32,541 nt of DNA from a candidate division WOR-3 bacterium (GCA_965649225.1 CBFGJX010000022.1:8561-41101); one strand, 5' to 3'; shown: positions 15,869 through 24,938, counted from the stretch's first letter. Made by a program: numbers and translations. Notes: generated from the letters alone by a model not told the origin.

Positions 15869-18030
15869 TGCTTGCCCTGACAATGCTGGCCGGCGGTGCC
15901 GAGTGGACAGTCGGCATCTACATGGCAGCCGATAACGGCCTGAACGATCAGTCCTGGCGCGATCTGGCCGAGATTATGGCTGCCGGCAGCAGCGACAATG
16001 TCCGGATTGTGGTGCAGGTGGATCGAGCCGCCCGTGATTCGGTTCCCGGCTGTCGGCGCTACCTGGTGCGTAACGGCGGGCTGGAATTGCTGGCCGACCT
16101 GGGTTCAGTGGATATGGCCGAACCGGCAACGCTGGGGGAATTCGGGGCATTTCTCGCCCGAAGTTTCCCGGCCCGGCGCTGTGGACTTGTGCTGTGGGAC
16201 CATGGTACCGGCTGGGGAGAGGGTTACGGTGGTGCCGACTTTCTGAGCAGCACAGGTACGGGTGCGGCCGGGATGAGCTGGCTAGACCCTGCCGGGCCGG
16301 TTCAGCAGGTCGATGCCATTATCATTGATGAGTCGCACCGGCACATGATGGGAGTGGCAGGGGGTGAGTTGGCCGCCGGGCTGGAGGCTTTCCGGTCTGG
16401 CTGGGGCCGGCAACCGGATGTGCTGGGTTTTGACGCCTGTCTGATGGGAATGGTGGAGGTTGCCGTCGAGGCGGTCGGTCGAGCCAAATTGATGGTCGCC
16501 TCTGAAGGGCTGGTGCCCAGCGGGGGCTGGCCTTATGACGCGGTACTGGGTCGATTGAATGCACGACCCCAGATGACACCGGATGAGTTTGTTGCAGTTA
16601 TTTGCAGTGAGTACGCGGCAGCGTGGCCGGACGAGCCGGTAGCGATCGCCGCGATTGATCTCGAACGGCTGAACCGGTCAATGAACGGTCTGGCGGCCTG
16701 GGTCGGGTCAAGCGGCGGAGACGCTGCCCTGCGTGCGGCCCGGCGGCGGGTGCAGACATTTGCTTGCACGGGCGGACGCCCGCCGACAGAAAGTGATGAA
16801 AGTGTTGACCTGCTGCACCTGCTGGAGCTGGTCGGTGCGCCGGAATCGGTGCAGACCCGGCTGGGGGCTGCTGTCAGAGCGAGGGCGAGTTCGGGCGGAT
16901 GGTATGCCAATGCCCGGGGCCTAGCCTGCTGGTTCCCGAACCGGTATCTCGCTTTCAAGGCCTGGTATCAATCTTATGCCAAGCTGGACTTCGCCCGCCG
17001 TGTCGAATGGCTGGCGATGCTGAACCGTTACTTCGGCTGTGATGATATCAGGCCGACTCAGCCGGAACTGACCGGACACCGCTTCGGCCACCGGGGCCGG
17101 TTGCGGTTGTGGTGGCAGCGCAGCCGCGACCTGGCGCCCGTGCGCTATTGTCTGTGGCAGGCGGAGCAGCCGGATGAGGCGTTCAGCGATGACTGCGAGG
17201 GGTTCGGCAACTGGATTGCGGTCGGCTGGACGGCCAGCAGTACCAGATTCCGTTCCGGGTTTCGTTCTTTTTTTTCCGGCAGTGGCGCCAATCTGGACAA
17301 CTTTATCGAGTCGGCGCAGGCATTTGCGCTGCCGGCAGGTGGAGTGTTGTCTTTCTACGCCTGGTATCAAACCCACGAGACAGAGGATTCGGGCCGCATC
17401 AGCCGGGATGCAGTGCGGCTGGAGTGGGCGCCCCGACGTGGTCACTGGCGGCCGGTTGATTCTCTGTATGGCAGTGCGACGGAATGGCAGGAACGGCGCT
17501 GGGTGTTACCGGCAGCGGACAGTGTCTATCTGCGATTTCGGTTTTCGACCGGTGGCTCGGCCACTGGTGCCGGTTGCTACGTTGACGATATCAAGGTCTG
17601 GAATCTGGCCGGGCTGATGCCAGTTGCCAGCAGTCTTGCCGATACGACTTTTGAGCTGGTCGGGCTGGCGCGGCGCCCGAACGGATACCGGTTTTTTGTC
17701 ACTGCGGTCGATTCTTTCGGTAATGTTTCCAGTGCCAGTCAGTTCTATACAGTGCCGGTTGAGACGCGCGCCGAGCCTTATACTGTTCCGGCGCCATTTT
17801 CCGGTCCCTGCCGGCTGGTGCTGGATATCCCGGACAGTGTTGAATGTCGGGTGAGCATTTACACTCTGTCGGGTGTGCTGGTCAGACAGTGGCGAGACGT
17901 GACCGGACGTGAGCTGACCTGGGACGGCTGCAATCAGAGCGGTCGCAGGCTGGCAGGCGGGGTGTATCTGGTACTGGTCGAGGGTGACGATTTTCGTCAG
18001 ATAGGGAGAATCGCCAGTACCGGACAGTGA
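15859..18030 (+). CDS. Clostripain-family (C11) cysteine peptidase with jelly-roll/FN3 region and FlgD/T9SS-like CTD
   Basis: WTVGIYMAADN, LVLWDHG.GW (His), LGFDACLMG (Cys), ASE..VP..GWPY; CTD IYTLSG.LVR...WDG.NQSG..LAGGVY. Start uncertain: GTG 15859 preferred over TTG 15805, which overlaps the PorV gene. Confidence 0.88.
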   Translation: MPLLLALTMLAGGAEWTVGIYMAADNGLNDQSWRDLAEIMAAGSSDNVRIVVQVDRAARDSVPGCRRYLVRNGGLELLADLGSVDMAEPATLGEFGAFLARSFPARRCGLVLWDHGTGWGEGYGGADFLSSTGTGAAGMSWLDPAGPVQQVDAIIIDESHRHMMGVAGGELAAGLEAFRSGWGRQPDVLGFDACLMGMVEVAVEAVGRAKLMVASEGLVPSGGWPYDAVLGRLNARPQMTPDEFVAVICSEYAAAWPDEPVAIAAIDLERLNRSMNGLAAWVGSSGGDAALRAARRRVQTFACTGGRPPTESDESVDLLHLLELVGAPESVQTRLGAAVRARASSGGWYANARGLACWFPNRYLAFKAWYQSYAKLDFARRVEWLAMLNRYFGCDDIRPTQPELTGHRFGHRGRLRLWWQRSRDLAPVRYCLWQAEQPDEAFSDDCEGFGNWIAVGWTASSTRFRSGFRSFFSGSGANLDNFIESAQAFALPAGGVLSFYAWYQTHETEDSGRISRDAVRLEWAPRRGHWRPVDSLYGSATEWQERRWVLPAADSVYLRFRFSTGGSATGAGCYVDDIKVWNLAGLMPVASSLADTTFELVGLARRPNGYRFFVTAVDSFGNVSSASQFYTVPVETRAEPYTVPAPFSGPCRLVLDIPDSVECRVSIYTLSGVLVRQWRDVTGRELTWDGCNQSGRRLAGGVYLVLVEGDDFRQIGRIASTGQ

Positions 18031-18179
18031 TTGCGACGGCGGTTCGATTGAGTCGGACGCCTGAACCAGCCAGCCAGAACTGTTGACCGGATTGCACCAG
18101 CTTGCGATTGGGGCTGCCTTGCTTGTTCACACAGTCTTGCCGGCTGATTCACCCCTGACGACGGTGCTGCTGGTTCGAA

Positions 18180-18208
18180 TTGTCGGGACCGGCGATTTCC
18201 GCTATAAT
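18180..18208 (+). promoter_or_regulatory. Putative sigma70 promoter TTGTCG-17-TATAAT
   Basis: Perfect -10 at 18203-18208, ~100 nt before GTG 18310. Confidence 0.55.
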
Positions 18209-18309
18209 TAATCAGTCAACTCCAGTCCGGTTGTGGATGGTTCAGGCAGACGGCCGGACTGCGGCACTCTCGAACTTGAGAAAATCGTCCGTGTTGTCAG
18301 GGAGGTACC

Positions 18310-21300
18310 GTGAGAGTGCTGTCTGTCTTTCTGGTAGTTGGACTGGGGCTGGCGGGCGAGTACGCCGAGTTCAAGGCTGCGCCGGTTGATACGCCGCCGA
18401 GCGTGCACTGGGGGCCGGCACGGATGAGCGACCTGGCCGGTCAGAGCTGGGGGCTCTACGGCTTGAGCTACAACGGGATTCATGACAAGCTGACCGCAGT
18501 GTATTTCTGGCATAACGTTTTCCACCGTTACCGTTCAGCGGATACCTCCAATCCCTATCTGAAAGACACTATCGCCATCAGCACGATCCCCGGGCAGGAA
18601 AACGACTCTTTTCAGGACCTTGCCTATTGCCGCTACGACAATTCAATCTGGGTTCACTCATCCAAGTACAAGCGGGTTTATAAAGTTGACTGCGGCGGCA
18701 GCGGCGTCACCCGGCAGTTTCAGTCGCCGGCACTGCGCTATCCGACCGGCATCGCGTTCGACGAACGCCGGAAGTGGCTGTATCTTGTTGACCGGATGGG
18801 TGAAGGCCAGTGGCCCTGTTCACTCTATGTGACTGATACGATGGGCACGGTGCTGCGGCGGATTGGTCTGTCCCATCTGCCGACTTCCTATGCCGGGGCG
18901 CGCTGTCTCGACCTTGACTATTCAACCACAAATCCCAGGTGGCCGAGTCTGTTGATGACTTACAGTTTCTTCCGGGGCGTCAACCTGCTTGACTCCTGTT
19001 ACCTCTACGAACTCGATCCTGACAGTTTTACGATTATTCACCAGACCCGGCTGCCCAACCTTGCCGGGCAGGTGAACAATGTCCGCGGTGTAGCCTGGGA
19101 CCCGCGTTCAGGTGATTACTGGATCGGCATCATGCAGAACCCGGACAACATGATTTACAAGATGGACGGCTGGCACCGGTTGCGAACCAACGACGTTGGC
19201 ATTACTGGTTTCCCGTCGCCCCGGATTACCTACAATATCGGGGATACCGTGCCGGTGCGGGTGGTGGTGCGCAATTTTGACACGCTGCAGGCGCGGACAT
19301 TTCAGGCGACGATGCGCTTTGGCGACTACGTTCAGACCCGGAGCAAGACGCTGGCGGCCAAGGACGAAGATACGGTGAGTTTTCCGGTCTGGGTCGCGAA
19401 CCAGGGTGGTGACTATGTTGCCCGCTGTTCGCTCTACATGGCGGGCGACGCCTTCCCGGGCAATGATACCTGGTCAGAACCGTTCCGGGTTGTCGGAGCC
19501 GATGTCGGTTGTATTCATATCAGTGCCCCGGAGATAGCACTGGCCGGCGATACGATTGTGCTCGCCTGTTCGACCTACAACTGGGGCACAGCGCCGGCAT
19601 CCTATTCGGTACGGATGCGGGTGGGGGATTTCTATGACCAGATCGGGATGGTAATGAATCACCCGCCGGCAACAGCCCGTTATGTGACTTTTCCTCAGGA
19701 CTGGGTGGTACTGCCGGAGCAGGGGGGAAATCAGGTCGTGACCTGTTCGACTCGACTCGCCGGCGATGTCCGCAGCTACAACAACCGGCGGATTGATACC
19801 GTGCTGGTCCGGGTGGCACGCGATGTTGCCGTGCGGGCAATCGTCAGTCCGACCGGGGTGCTGGATTCGGGGACGATTGTGACGCCGGCATGCACGGTCG
19901 AGAATCACGGCGCAGTCGCGGTCAGCTACAACGTGCGGCTGAAGGTCGGCTCAGACTATAACCAGATTGCCAGTGTCAGCAATCATCCCAGCGGTACCCG
20001 GCGGCTGGTAGAGTTCCCGCCGTTTGAACTCACCGGACGGGGGTGGCGGGTGGTGTCCTGTTCGACCGAACTCGTCGGCGACCAGGCGCCGGATAACGAT
20101 CGCAAGCGGGACTCGATGTTTATCCGGGTCAGAGATGTCGCGATTGCCGCAATTGTGACACCGGTGGATACCGTTCCGGACTCGACCTGGCTGCGACCGG
20201 AGTGTCTGGTGCGCAATCTGGGGAATGTGTCAGAGCCGGTGGTGCCGGTGAGTTTTCAGATTGGTTCCTGGTTTGACAGCGAGACGGTCTTTGGGCTGGC
20301 ACCGGGAGGAACCATTTCGGTACGGATGAGCCATGCCTACTTCACCCAGCCGGGTGTCTGGCTGGATCGTGCCGAGGCCCATGTCAGCGATCTCAATCCG
20401 GCCAACAATGTCAAACTGGATACCTTCTGGGTGCTTGGCCCGGTGACCCGCGATGTTGCCGTCCGACAGGTGCTCGAGCCGACCGGCAGTTTTGACACCG
20501 CGACAACGGTCACGCCGCGGGCAGCGGTAACCAATCTGGGCGAAAATCCGGAAAGCTTCTGGACATTTTTCCGCTGCAGCGATGCCGGTGGCGCGACGCG
20601 CTATCTGGATTCGCTGTGGCTGAGTGCGCTTCAGCCCGGTGCCGTCGAGACGGTGGCATTCCGGCCGGTTCGCTTTACCGCTTCCGGACTTTACCGGGCC
20701 TGTTGTTCAACCGCCCTCGCCGGCGATCGCAACGGTACCAACGACATCGCGGCCGACAGTTTTCGGGTCATTCTGCAGAATGCCGACGTCGCGGTGACGG
20801 CAATCTATTCGCCGGTTGGAGTGATGGACACGATGACCGAGGTTGAGCCCCGGGCGCGCTGGCGCAATTTCGGAGCGATTCCGGTGCGCTGGCGGGCATT
20901 TCTCGCTTTGGTGAATCCGGCAGGCGAGAGGGTCTACAGTCAGCAGCTTGAAATTGCCGGCCGCGCCGGTGCCGACACGATTGTCCGTTTCGTGCCGTTC
21001 AACGTCGGTCAGGATACCGGATACTGGACTGTGCGCTGTTCCACCTTTGCCGCCAGTGACCCCAATCCGGCCAACGACGTGATGCAGTCGCGGTTCTTTG
21101 TTGCCCGCGGAATGGTCTGGCCTGAGGGCTGGGTTGAGGTGCCACACATGCCGGCGGAGCCTTCGGGCAAGGCGGCAAAAGACGGTGGCTGGGCGGTTTT
21201 GATTGAACCGCTGCGCCGGATCTATGTCGCCAAGGGCAACAAGACCGGAGATTTCTACAGTTTCGACCCGGGTGAAAACCGCTGGGGGGTTCACGCGTCA

Positions 21301-22356
21301 ATCCCGAGCGGAACCGAGGCCAAACTGCCGGGCAAGGGCGGCTGTGCGGCCAGTGACGGCAATCGTTACATCTACTTCGTCAAGGGTGCCAACACCGTTG
21401 CTTTCTGGCGTTTCGACATTCAGACCGATTCTTTCCGGCAACTGCCCGATGTGCCTACCGGGCCAAGCGGCAAACGCATCAAGGGCGGGACGGACATGGT
21501 CTATGTGTCGGACGGCGACAGCGCGTATGTCTACCTGCTCAAAGGCTACAAGACCGAGTTCTACCGTTTCAACGTTGCCGCTGAAGTCTGGGAGCCGCTG
21601 GCCGATGCTCCGCCGGGCGCGAGCGGAAAGTGGGACAAGGGTTCGTGGTTGGTTTACGACGGCAGCGGAATGATTCATGCCCACAAGGGCAAGCGGCAGG
21701 AGTTTTACCGCTACAATACCGGAACGGGCGAGTGGGACAGTCGGATACTGGCGGCCATGCCGCTGGTAAGCCGCTATACCGGTCGCGCGAAGAAGTCCGG
21801 CGAGGGCAGTTCGGGTGCCTACTGCAACGGTGCGATCTGGGCACTGAAAGGTGGCAATACTCAGGACTGGTGGCGCTACGACATTGCCACCGATGTCTGG
21901 GACGAGTACGACAGCCTGCCGGCATTCGGTTCCACCGGCAAGAAGAAGCGGGTCAAGGCCGGGGCCGATGTCGTGGCGCTGGGTAACGGGGCCTTTTTCA
22001 CCGCCAAGGGCAACAAGACGCTGGAGTACTGGCGTTACTTCCGGCTGCCGAGGACGGCGGCGATGCCGGGTGCCGGTGGTGGCCGGACGGGTCAGAGCGG
22101 CCGACAGACCTGTCAGGCCGGGTTGAACCTGTGGCTGCAGAGCAATCCGGTTACCGGACCAGCCGTAATCTCCTGGCAGTTGCCGGCCGAAAGCCCCAAA
22201 GCTCTGCTCAGTATCTACGACGCGGCGGGCCGGTGTGTGTTCGGCCACACCGTCAGCAGCCGGGAGTCGCAGCTCGGTTTGCGCCTGCCGGCCGGGGTGT
22301 ATCTTGTTCGTTTGAGCGGCGGCGCAGCTGTCAGTTGCAAGCTGGTTGTCCGATAG
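18310..22356 (+). CDS. Secreted modular protein, 1348 aa: beta-propeller head, 6 CARDB/Ig repeats, Kelch-like propeller, T9SS-like CTD
   Basis: GGAGG RBS; signal peptide; blade motifs YGLSYN, QDLAYC, TGIAFD, RGVAWD; six DV(A/G)..I..P...N.G...D...ND/NN repeats; CTD SNPV...IYDAAGR...PAGVY.VRL...KLVVR. Confidence 0.92.
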   Translation: MRVLSVFLVVGLGLAGEYAEFKAAPVDTPPSVHWGPARMSDLAGQSWGLYGLSYNGIHDKLTAVYFWHNVFHRYRSADTSNPYLKDTIAISTIPGQENDSFQDLAYCRYDNSIWVHSSKYKRVYKVDCGGSGVTRQFQSPALRYPTGIAFDERRKWLYLVDRMGEGQWPCSLYVTDTMGTVLRRIGLSHLPTSYAGARCLDLDYSTTNPRWPSLLMTYSFFRGVNLLDSCYLYELDPDSFTIIHQTRLPNLAGQVNNVRGVAWDPRSGDYWIGIMQNPDNMIYKMDGWHRLRTNDVGITGFPSPRITYNIGDTVPVRVVVRNFDTLQARTFQATMRFGDYVQTRSKTLAAKDEDTVSFPVWVANQGGDYVARCSLYMAGDAFPGNDTWSEPFRVVGADVGCIHISAPEIALAGDTIVLACSTYNWGTAPASYSVRMRVGDFYDQIGMVMNHPPATARYVTFPQDWVVLPEQGGNQVVTCSTRLAGDVRSYNNRRIDTVLVRVARDVAVRAIVSPTGVLDSGTIVTPACTVENHGAVAVSYNVRLKVGSDYNQIASVSNHPSGTRRLVEFPPFELTGRGWRVVSCSTELVGDQAPDNDRKRDSMFIRVRDVAIAAIVTPVDTVPDSTWLRPECLVRNLGNVSEPVVPVSFQIGSWFDSETVFGLAPGGTISVRMSHAYFTQPGVWLDRAEAHVSDLNPANNVKLDTFWVLGPVTRDVAVRQVLEPTGSFDTATTVTPRAAVTNLGENPESFWTFFRCSDAGGATRYLDSLWLSALQPGAVETVAFRPVRFTASGLYRACCSTALAGDRNGTNDIAADSFRVILQNADVAVTAIYSPVGVMDTMTEVEPRARWRNFGAIPVRWRAFLALVNPAGERVYSQQLEIAGRAGADTIVRFVPFNVGQDTGYWTVRCSTFAASDPNPANDVMQSRFFVARGMVWPEGWVEVPHMPAEPSGKAAKDGGWAVLIEPLRRIYVAKGNKTGDFYSFDPGENRWGVHASIPSGTEAKLPGKGGCAASDGNRYIYFVKGANTVAFWRFDIQTDSFRQLPDVPTGPSGKRIKGGTDMVYVSDGDSAYVYLLKGYKTEFYRFNVAAEVWEPLADAPPGASGKWDKGSWLVYDGSGMIHAHKGKRQEFYRYNTGTGEWDSRILAAMPLVSRYTGRAKKSGEGSSGAYCNGAIWALKGGNTQDWWRYDIATDVWDEYDSLPAFGSTGKKKRVKAGADVVALGNGAFFTAKGNKTLEYWRYFRLPRTAAMPGAGGGRTGQSGRQTCQAGLNLWLQSNPVTGPAVISWQLPAESPKALLSIYDAAGRCVFGHTVSSRESQLGLRLPAGVYLVRLSGGAAVSCKLVVR
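19192..21102 (+). repeat. Six tandem ~105-aa CARDB/Ig-like protein repeats (diverged at DNA level)
   Basis: Repeat starts DVGITG, DVGCIH, DVAVRA, DVAIAA, DVAVRQ, DVAVTA; each ends with a D...N(D/N) motif. Confidence 0.8.
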
Positions 22357-22404
22357 CCGGTAACAGCTATCGGGAGAAGGTCGGGGCGGCGCTGCCGCCC
22401 CGAC
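22351..22404 (+). terminator. Tandem hairpins after the 1348-aa gene (possible terminator or mRNA 3' stabiliser)
   Basis: CGATAGC/GCTATCG (22351-22372) and 11-bp GTCGGGGCGGC-gct-GCCGCCCCGAC (22380-22404); no U-tract. Confidence 0.5.
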
Positions 22405-22448
22405 TGCCGTAACTGCCGGCTTCAGTCGCTGCCGGGCCTGGCTGCGGC

Positions 22449-22476
22449 TTGACCGGATTTTTCTGGAAGCGATAAT
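22449..22476 (+). promoter_or_regulatory. Putative sigma70 promoter TTGACC-16-GATAAT
   Basis: Lies ~90 nt upstream of the flavoprotein start. Confidence 0.55.
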
Positions 22477-22567
22477 CAGTCTGCCGGCGCAGTCAGCGGG
22501 TCGCTTGACCAAGCCTGTCTGATTGAATCTTTGCCAGCTGAATCTCGCGACCGGCAGAGGAGCAGAG

Positions 22568-23143
22568 TTGAAAGCAACGGCGTTCAATGGTTCGCCGCGG
22601 GTGCACGGTAACACCCGCCGGGCGCTCGAGCTCGTGCTTGACGAACTCAAACCTGCGGGCATTGAGACCGAAATAGTACAAGTGGGCGGGCTCGAACTGC
22701 ATGGCTGCCGGGCGTGTTTCAAATGCGGTCAGACCCGCGACCGGCGCTGCCACGGCTGGGATGACGGAATGAATCCGCTGATTGAAAAGATGTTCAACTC
22801 GGACATCATCATCATCGGCTCGCCAACCTATTTTTCGGCCCTGACCGCCGAAACCAAGGCGCTGATTGACCGGGCCGGACTGGTTGAAGGTCATGGTGGC
22901 AGACCGCTGCGGCGCAAGATTGGCGCGGCGGTGGTGGCAGTAAGACGGGGCGGAGCAACTGCAGTCTTTTCGCAGATAAACAGCTTCTTTTTGATGAAGG
23001 AAATGATCGTGCCCGGCTCGACCTACTGGAACTTCGGGTTCGGCTCGAAGCAGGGTGACATTCTCAAGGATGAGGAAGGTGTCGAGACATTCAAAAACCT
23101 CGGCCGCAACATCGCCTGGCTGGCAGGCCGGCTGAGCGGTTGA
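22568..23143 (+). CDS. Iron-sulfur flavoprotein (Isf-like; flavodoxin / NADPH-FMN reductase family)
   Basis: NGSPR..GNT, compact CRACFKC-x7-C motif, IIGSPTYF, KALIDR, RRGG; TTG start after GAGGAG. Confidence 0.9.
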   Translation: MKATAFNGSPRVHGNTRRALELVLDELKPAGIETEIVQVGGLELHGCRACFKCGQTRDRRCHGWDDGMNPLIEKMFNSDIIIIGSPTYFSALTAETKALIDRAGLVEGHGGRPLRRKIGAAVVAVRRGGATAVFSQINSFFLMKEMIVPGSTYWNFGFGSKQGDILKDEEGVETFKNLGRNIAWLAGRLSG

Positions 23144-23165
23144 GCAGGACTGTGGGAGGTAAACG

Positions 23166-24020
23166 ATGGTGACGATTGTCCTCGCAGTGCTGACTGGACT
23201 ATTGGTCGTGCCCGGCAGTGACGGCGGGGTGAAGCCGGCTGTACTCCCAGCGCCGGATTTGCCGTACCCCGATACGCTGCTTTACTTCGACAGCGGCATC
23301 ACGGCGACGTGGTGGTGCTCGGACCGGGATTCTTTCGGTGCCGGTGTCAAGTTCACCCCGGGTGAGTATCCGTGTGAGATCACTGCCGTACGGGCCGAGG
23401 TGAACTATGACGACGGTCGGGAGATTTATCTGCGCGTCTGGGACGATGACGGGCCGGGCGGGAGACCCGGCACCGTGCTCTACAATGAGCTTCGACTGGA
23501 TGTGCCACCGAACCGGACTCCCGGGCTGCGCGATTATGTCCTGACCGCACCGGTCCGGATTGACTCCGGCGATTTCTATATCGTCTGGTGGCAGCGCAGC
23601 ATTTTCGACCTGGTATTTTCTTCTGACGAGGCGATGAACTGGCCGCAACGGCAGTGGTGGTTCTTCCCGGATCAGGGATGGGTGACACCGTACGGGATGC
23701 ACGCCAGCGACCACCTGATTCGCGCCCGGGTCCGCTATGGTTCGGGTGTTGAAGAAGAGCTCGCCGCTGGCGCAGCCGACCGGGGCAGGTTGCGGATTGT
23801 CGGCAATCCGGCACCGCGTGGCCGGGCCAGAGTTGAATGGAGTGGAGCGAGAGCATTGCTGACTGTGACTGATGCCGGGGGGCGGGTCGTGGCCAGTGCC
23901 GGGCTGGGACCGGCCCGGACGGTGCTGGAGCTGCCTGAGCTGGCTGTCGGAGTGTATCTTGTCCGCGTCCGGACACCGCAGCAGGAGCGCAGCGCGAAGC
24001 TGGTAGTTTCGGGGCAATAG
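23166..24020 (+). CDS. Secreted protein (beta-sandwich head) with T9SS-like CTD
   Basis: GGAGG RBS; hydrophobic N-terminus; C-terminal GVEE...GNPA...VTDAGGRVV...LAVGVY.VRV...KLVV. Confidence 0.85.
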   Translation: MVTIVLAVLTGLLVVPGSDGGVKPAVLPAPDLPYPDTLLYFDSGITATWWCSDRDSFGAGVKFTPGEYPCEITAVRAEVNYDDGREIYLRVWDDDGPGGRPGTVLYNELRLDVPPNRTPGLRDYVLTAPVRIDSGDFYIVWWQRSIFDLVFSSDEAMNWPQRQWWFFPDQGWVTPYGMHASDHLIRARVRYGSGVEEELAAGAADRGRLRIVGNPAPRGRARVEWSGARALLTVTDAGGRVVASAGLGPARTVLELPELAVGVYLVRVRTPQQERSAKLVVSGQ

Positions 24021-24128
24021 CTACGGCCAATAACGCCGCCTCCGCCACCGTCGGGTAACCAACCCCTCGAAAAATGGGTTTCAGACCCAAGTACCCGATA
24101 TAGTATTACTTACGATAACAGGCCAGCG

Positions 24129-24518
24129 CTATTTTTCGCCGCAGTTGCAGTAGCCGACTGAGCCGGTTGCCCTGCCGGCGATGGCAAGAGCCGCGGCTTC
24201 AAACGGGGTGATGTCGCCCTCGACGACGGCGGGCTTGATGCCGCGGTCCTCAAGGTCGGCGGCGATGCGCCGACCCATTCCCCGGGCGATGACATACTGG
24301 CAGTCGGCCAGCGCGTTCAGCAGCCGGTCGTGACCATGGTGGCCGGGTTTGTGTTCGTGCGGGCCGTCACACTGGTGGCTGTGAGCGGCCATGGGATTGA
24401 GCCGCTGTTCCTTGAGCACTGGTTTGCCCTCGGCTTCCTCATAGACGAGGAATAAGGGGGCACGACCCAGGTGCTGGGCAACCTCGGTCAGACTGTCGCA
24501 GACAACTGCTACTCTCAT
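24129..24518 (-). CDS. NifB/NifX-family (FeMo-cofactor-binding-like) protein with His-rich loop
   Basis: MRVAV...VAQHLGRAPLFLVYE, DCQYVIARGMG..DLEDRGI; HSHQCDGPHEHKPGHHGH insert; AAGGAG RBS. Confidence 0.88.
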   Translation of the reverse strand: MRVAVVCDSLTEVAQHLGRAPLFLVYEEAEGKPVLKEQRLNPMAAHSHQCDGPHEHKPGHHGHDRLLNALADCQYVIARGMGRRIAADLEDRGIKPAVVEGDITPFEAAALAIAGRATGSVGYCNCGEK

Positions 24519-24871
24519 TGCTGTCTCCTTTCATTTCGTCGCCGGTTGCGGCCGCAGCAGCGGCGCCGGCCGCAACCGCGGACCGGTGCGACATTACCGC
24601 CGGCAATCTGGAGTGCCTTGCCCGTTGACAGCGCTTCGGCGATCTTGCGCCGGGCGCTTTCGACGATCCGTCCGAAAGTGGCACGCGAGATACCCATCTG
24701 TGCGGCCGCGGCTTCGTGGTGCAGCCCATCACGGTCAGCCAGGCGCAGGGCCTCGAACTCATCCAGCCCCAAAGTCAGCCATTCAAGCTCGCAGGCACGA
24801 ACCCCGGCCGGTTTGTACACGGTCGCACCGGGTCTGGCTGCAATGCGACGGCAGCTATGCGGGCGGGGCAA
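24515..24871 (-). CDS. DUF134 (UPF0251) HTH protein
   Basis: MPRP..CRRI...YKP.G, DEFEALRLAD.DGL..E.AA.QMGISR.TFGRIVESAR.KIAEAL..GKAL.I.GG; TTG start with GGAGG RBS. Confidence 0.92.
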   Translation of the reverse strand: MPRPHSCRRIAARPGATVYKPAGVRACELEWLTLGLDEFEALRLADRDGLHHEAAAAQMGISRATFGRIVESARRKIAEALSTGKALQIAGGNVAPVRGCGRRRCCGRNRRRNERRQQ

Positions 24872-24892
24872 GGCGCCTCCAATTCACACTCA

Positions 24893-24921
24893 ATTATGAG
24901 CATATGCTCATTACAAGTCAA
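24893..24921 (-). promoter_or_regulatory. Promoter TTGACT-17-CATAAT with 16-bp perfect palindrome ATGAGCATATGCTCAT (24896-24911)
   Basis: Direct reading; the palindrome fills the spacer and overlaps the -10. Confidence 0.8.
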
Positions 24922-24938
24922 GCCCGGGTCAGGACGGG

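Noticed and set aside
22505..22535. Second TTGACC upstream of the flavoprotein gene
   Set aside because: No acceptable -10 hexamer at 16-18 bp.
24129..24518. NifB/NifX protein as evidence of nitrogen fixation
   Set aside because: No nifHDK or nifEN in the window, and the family is widespread in non-diazotrophs.
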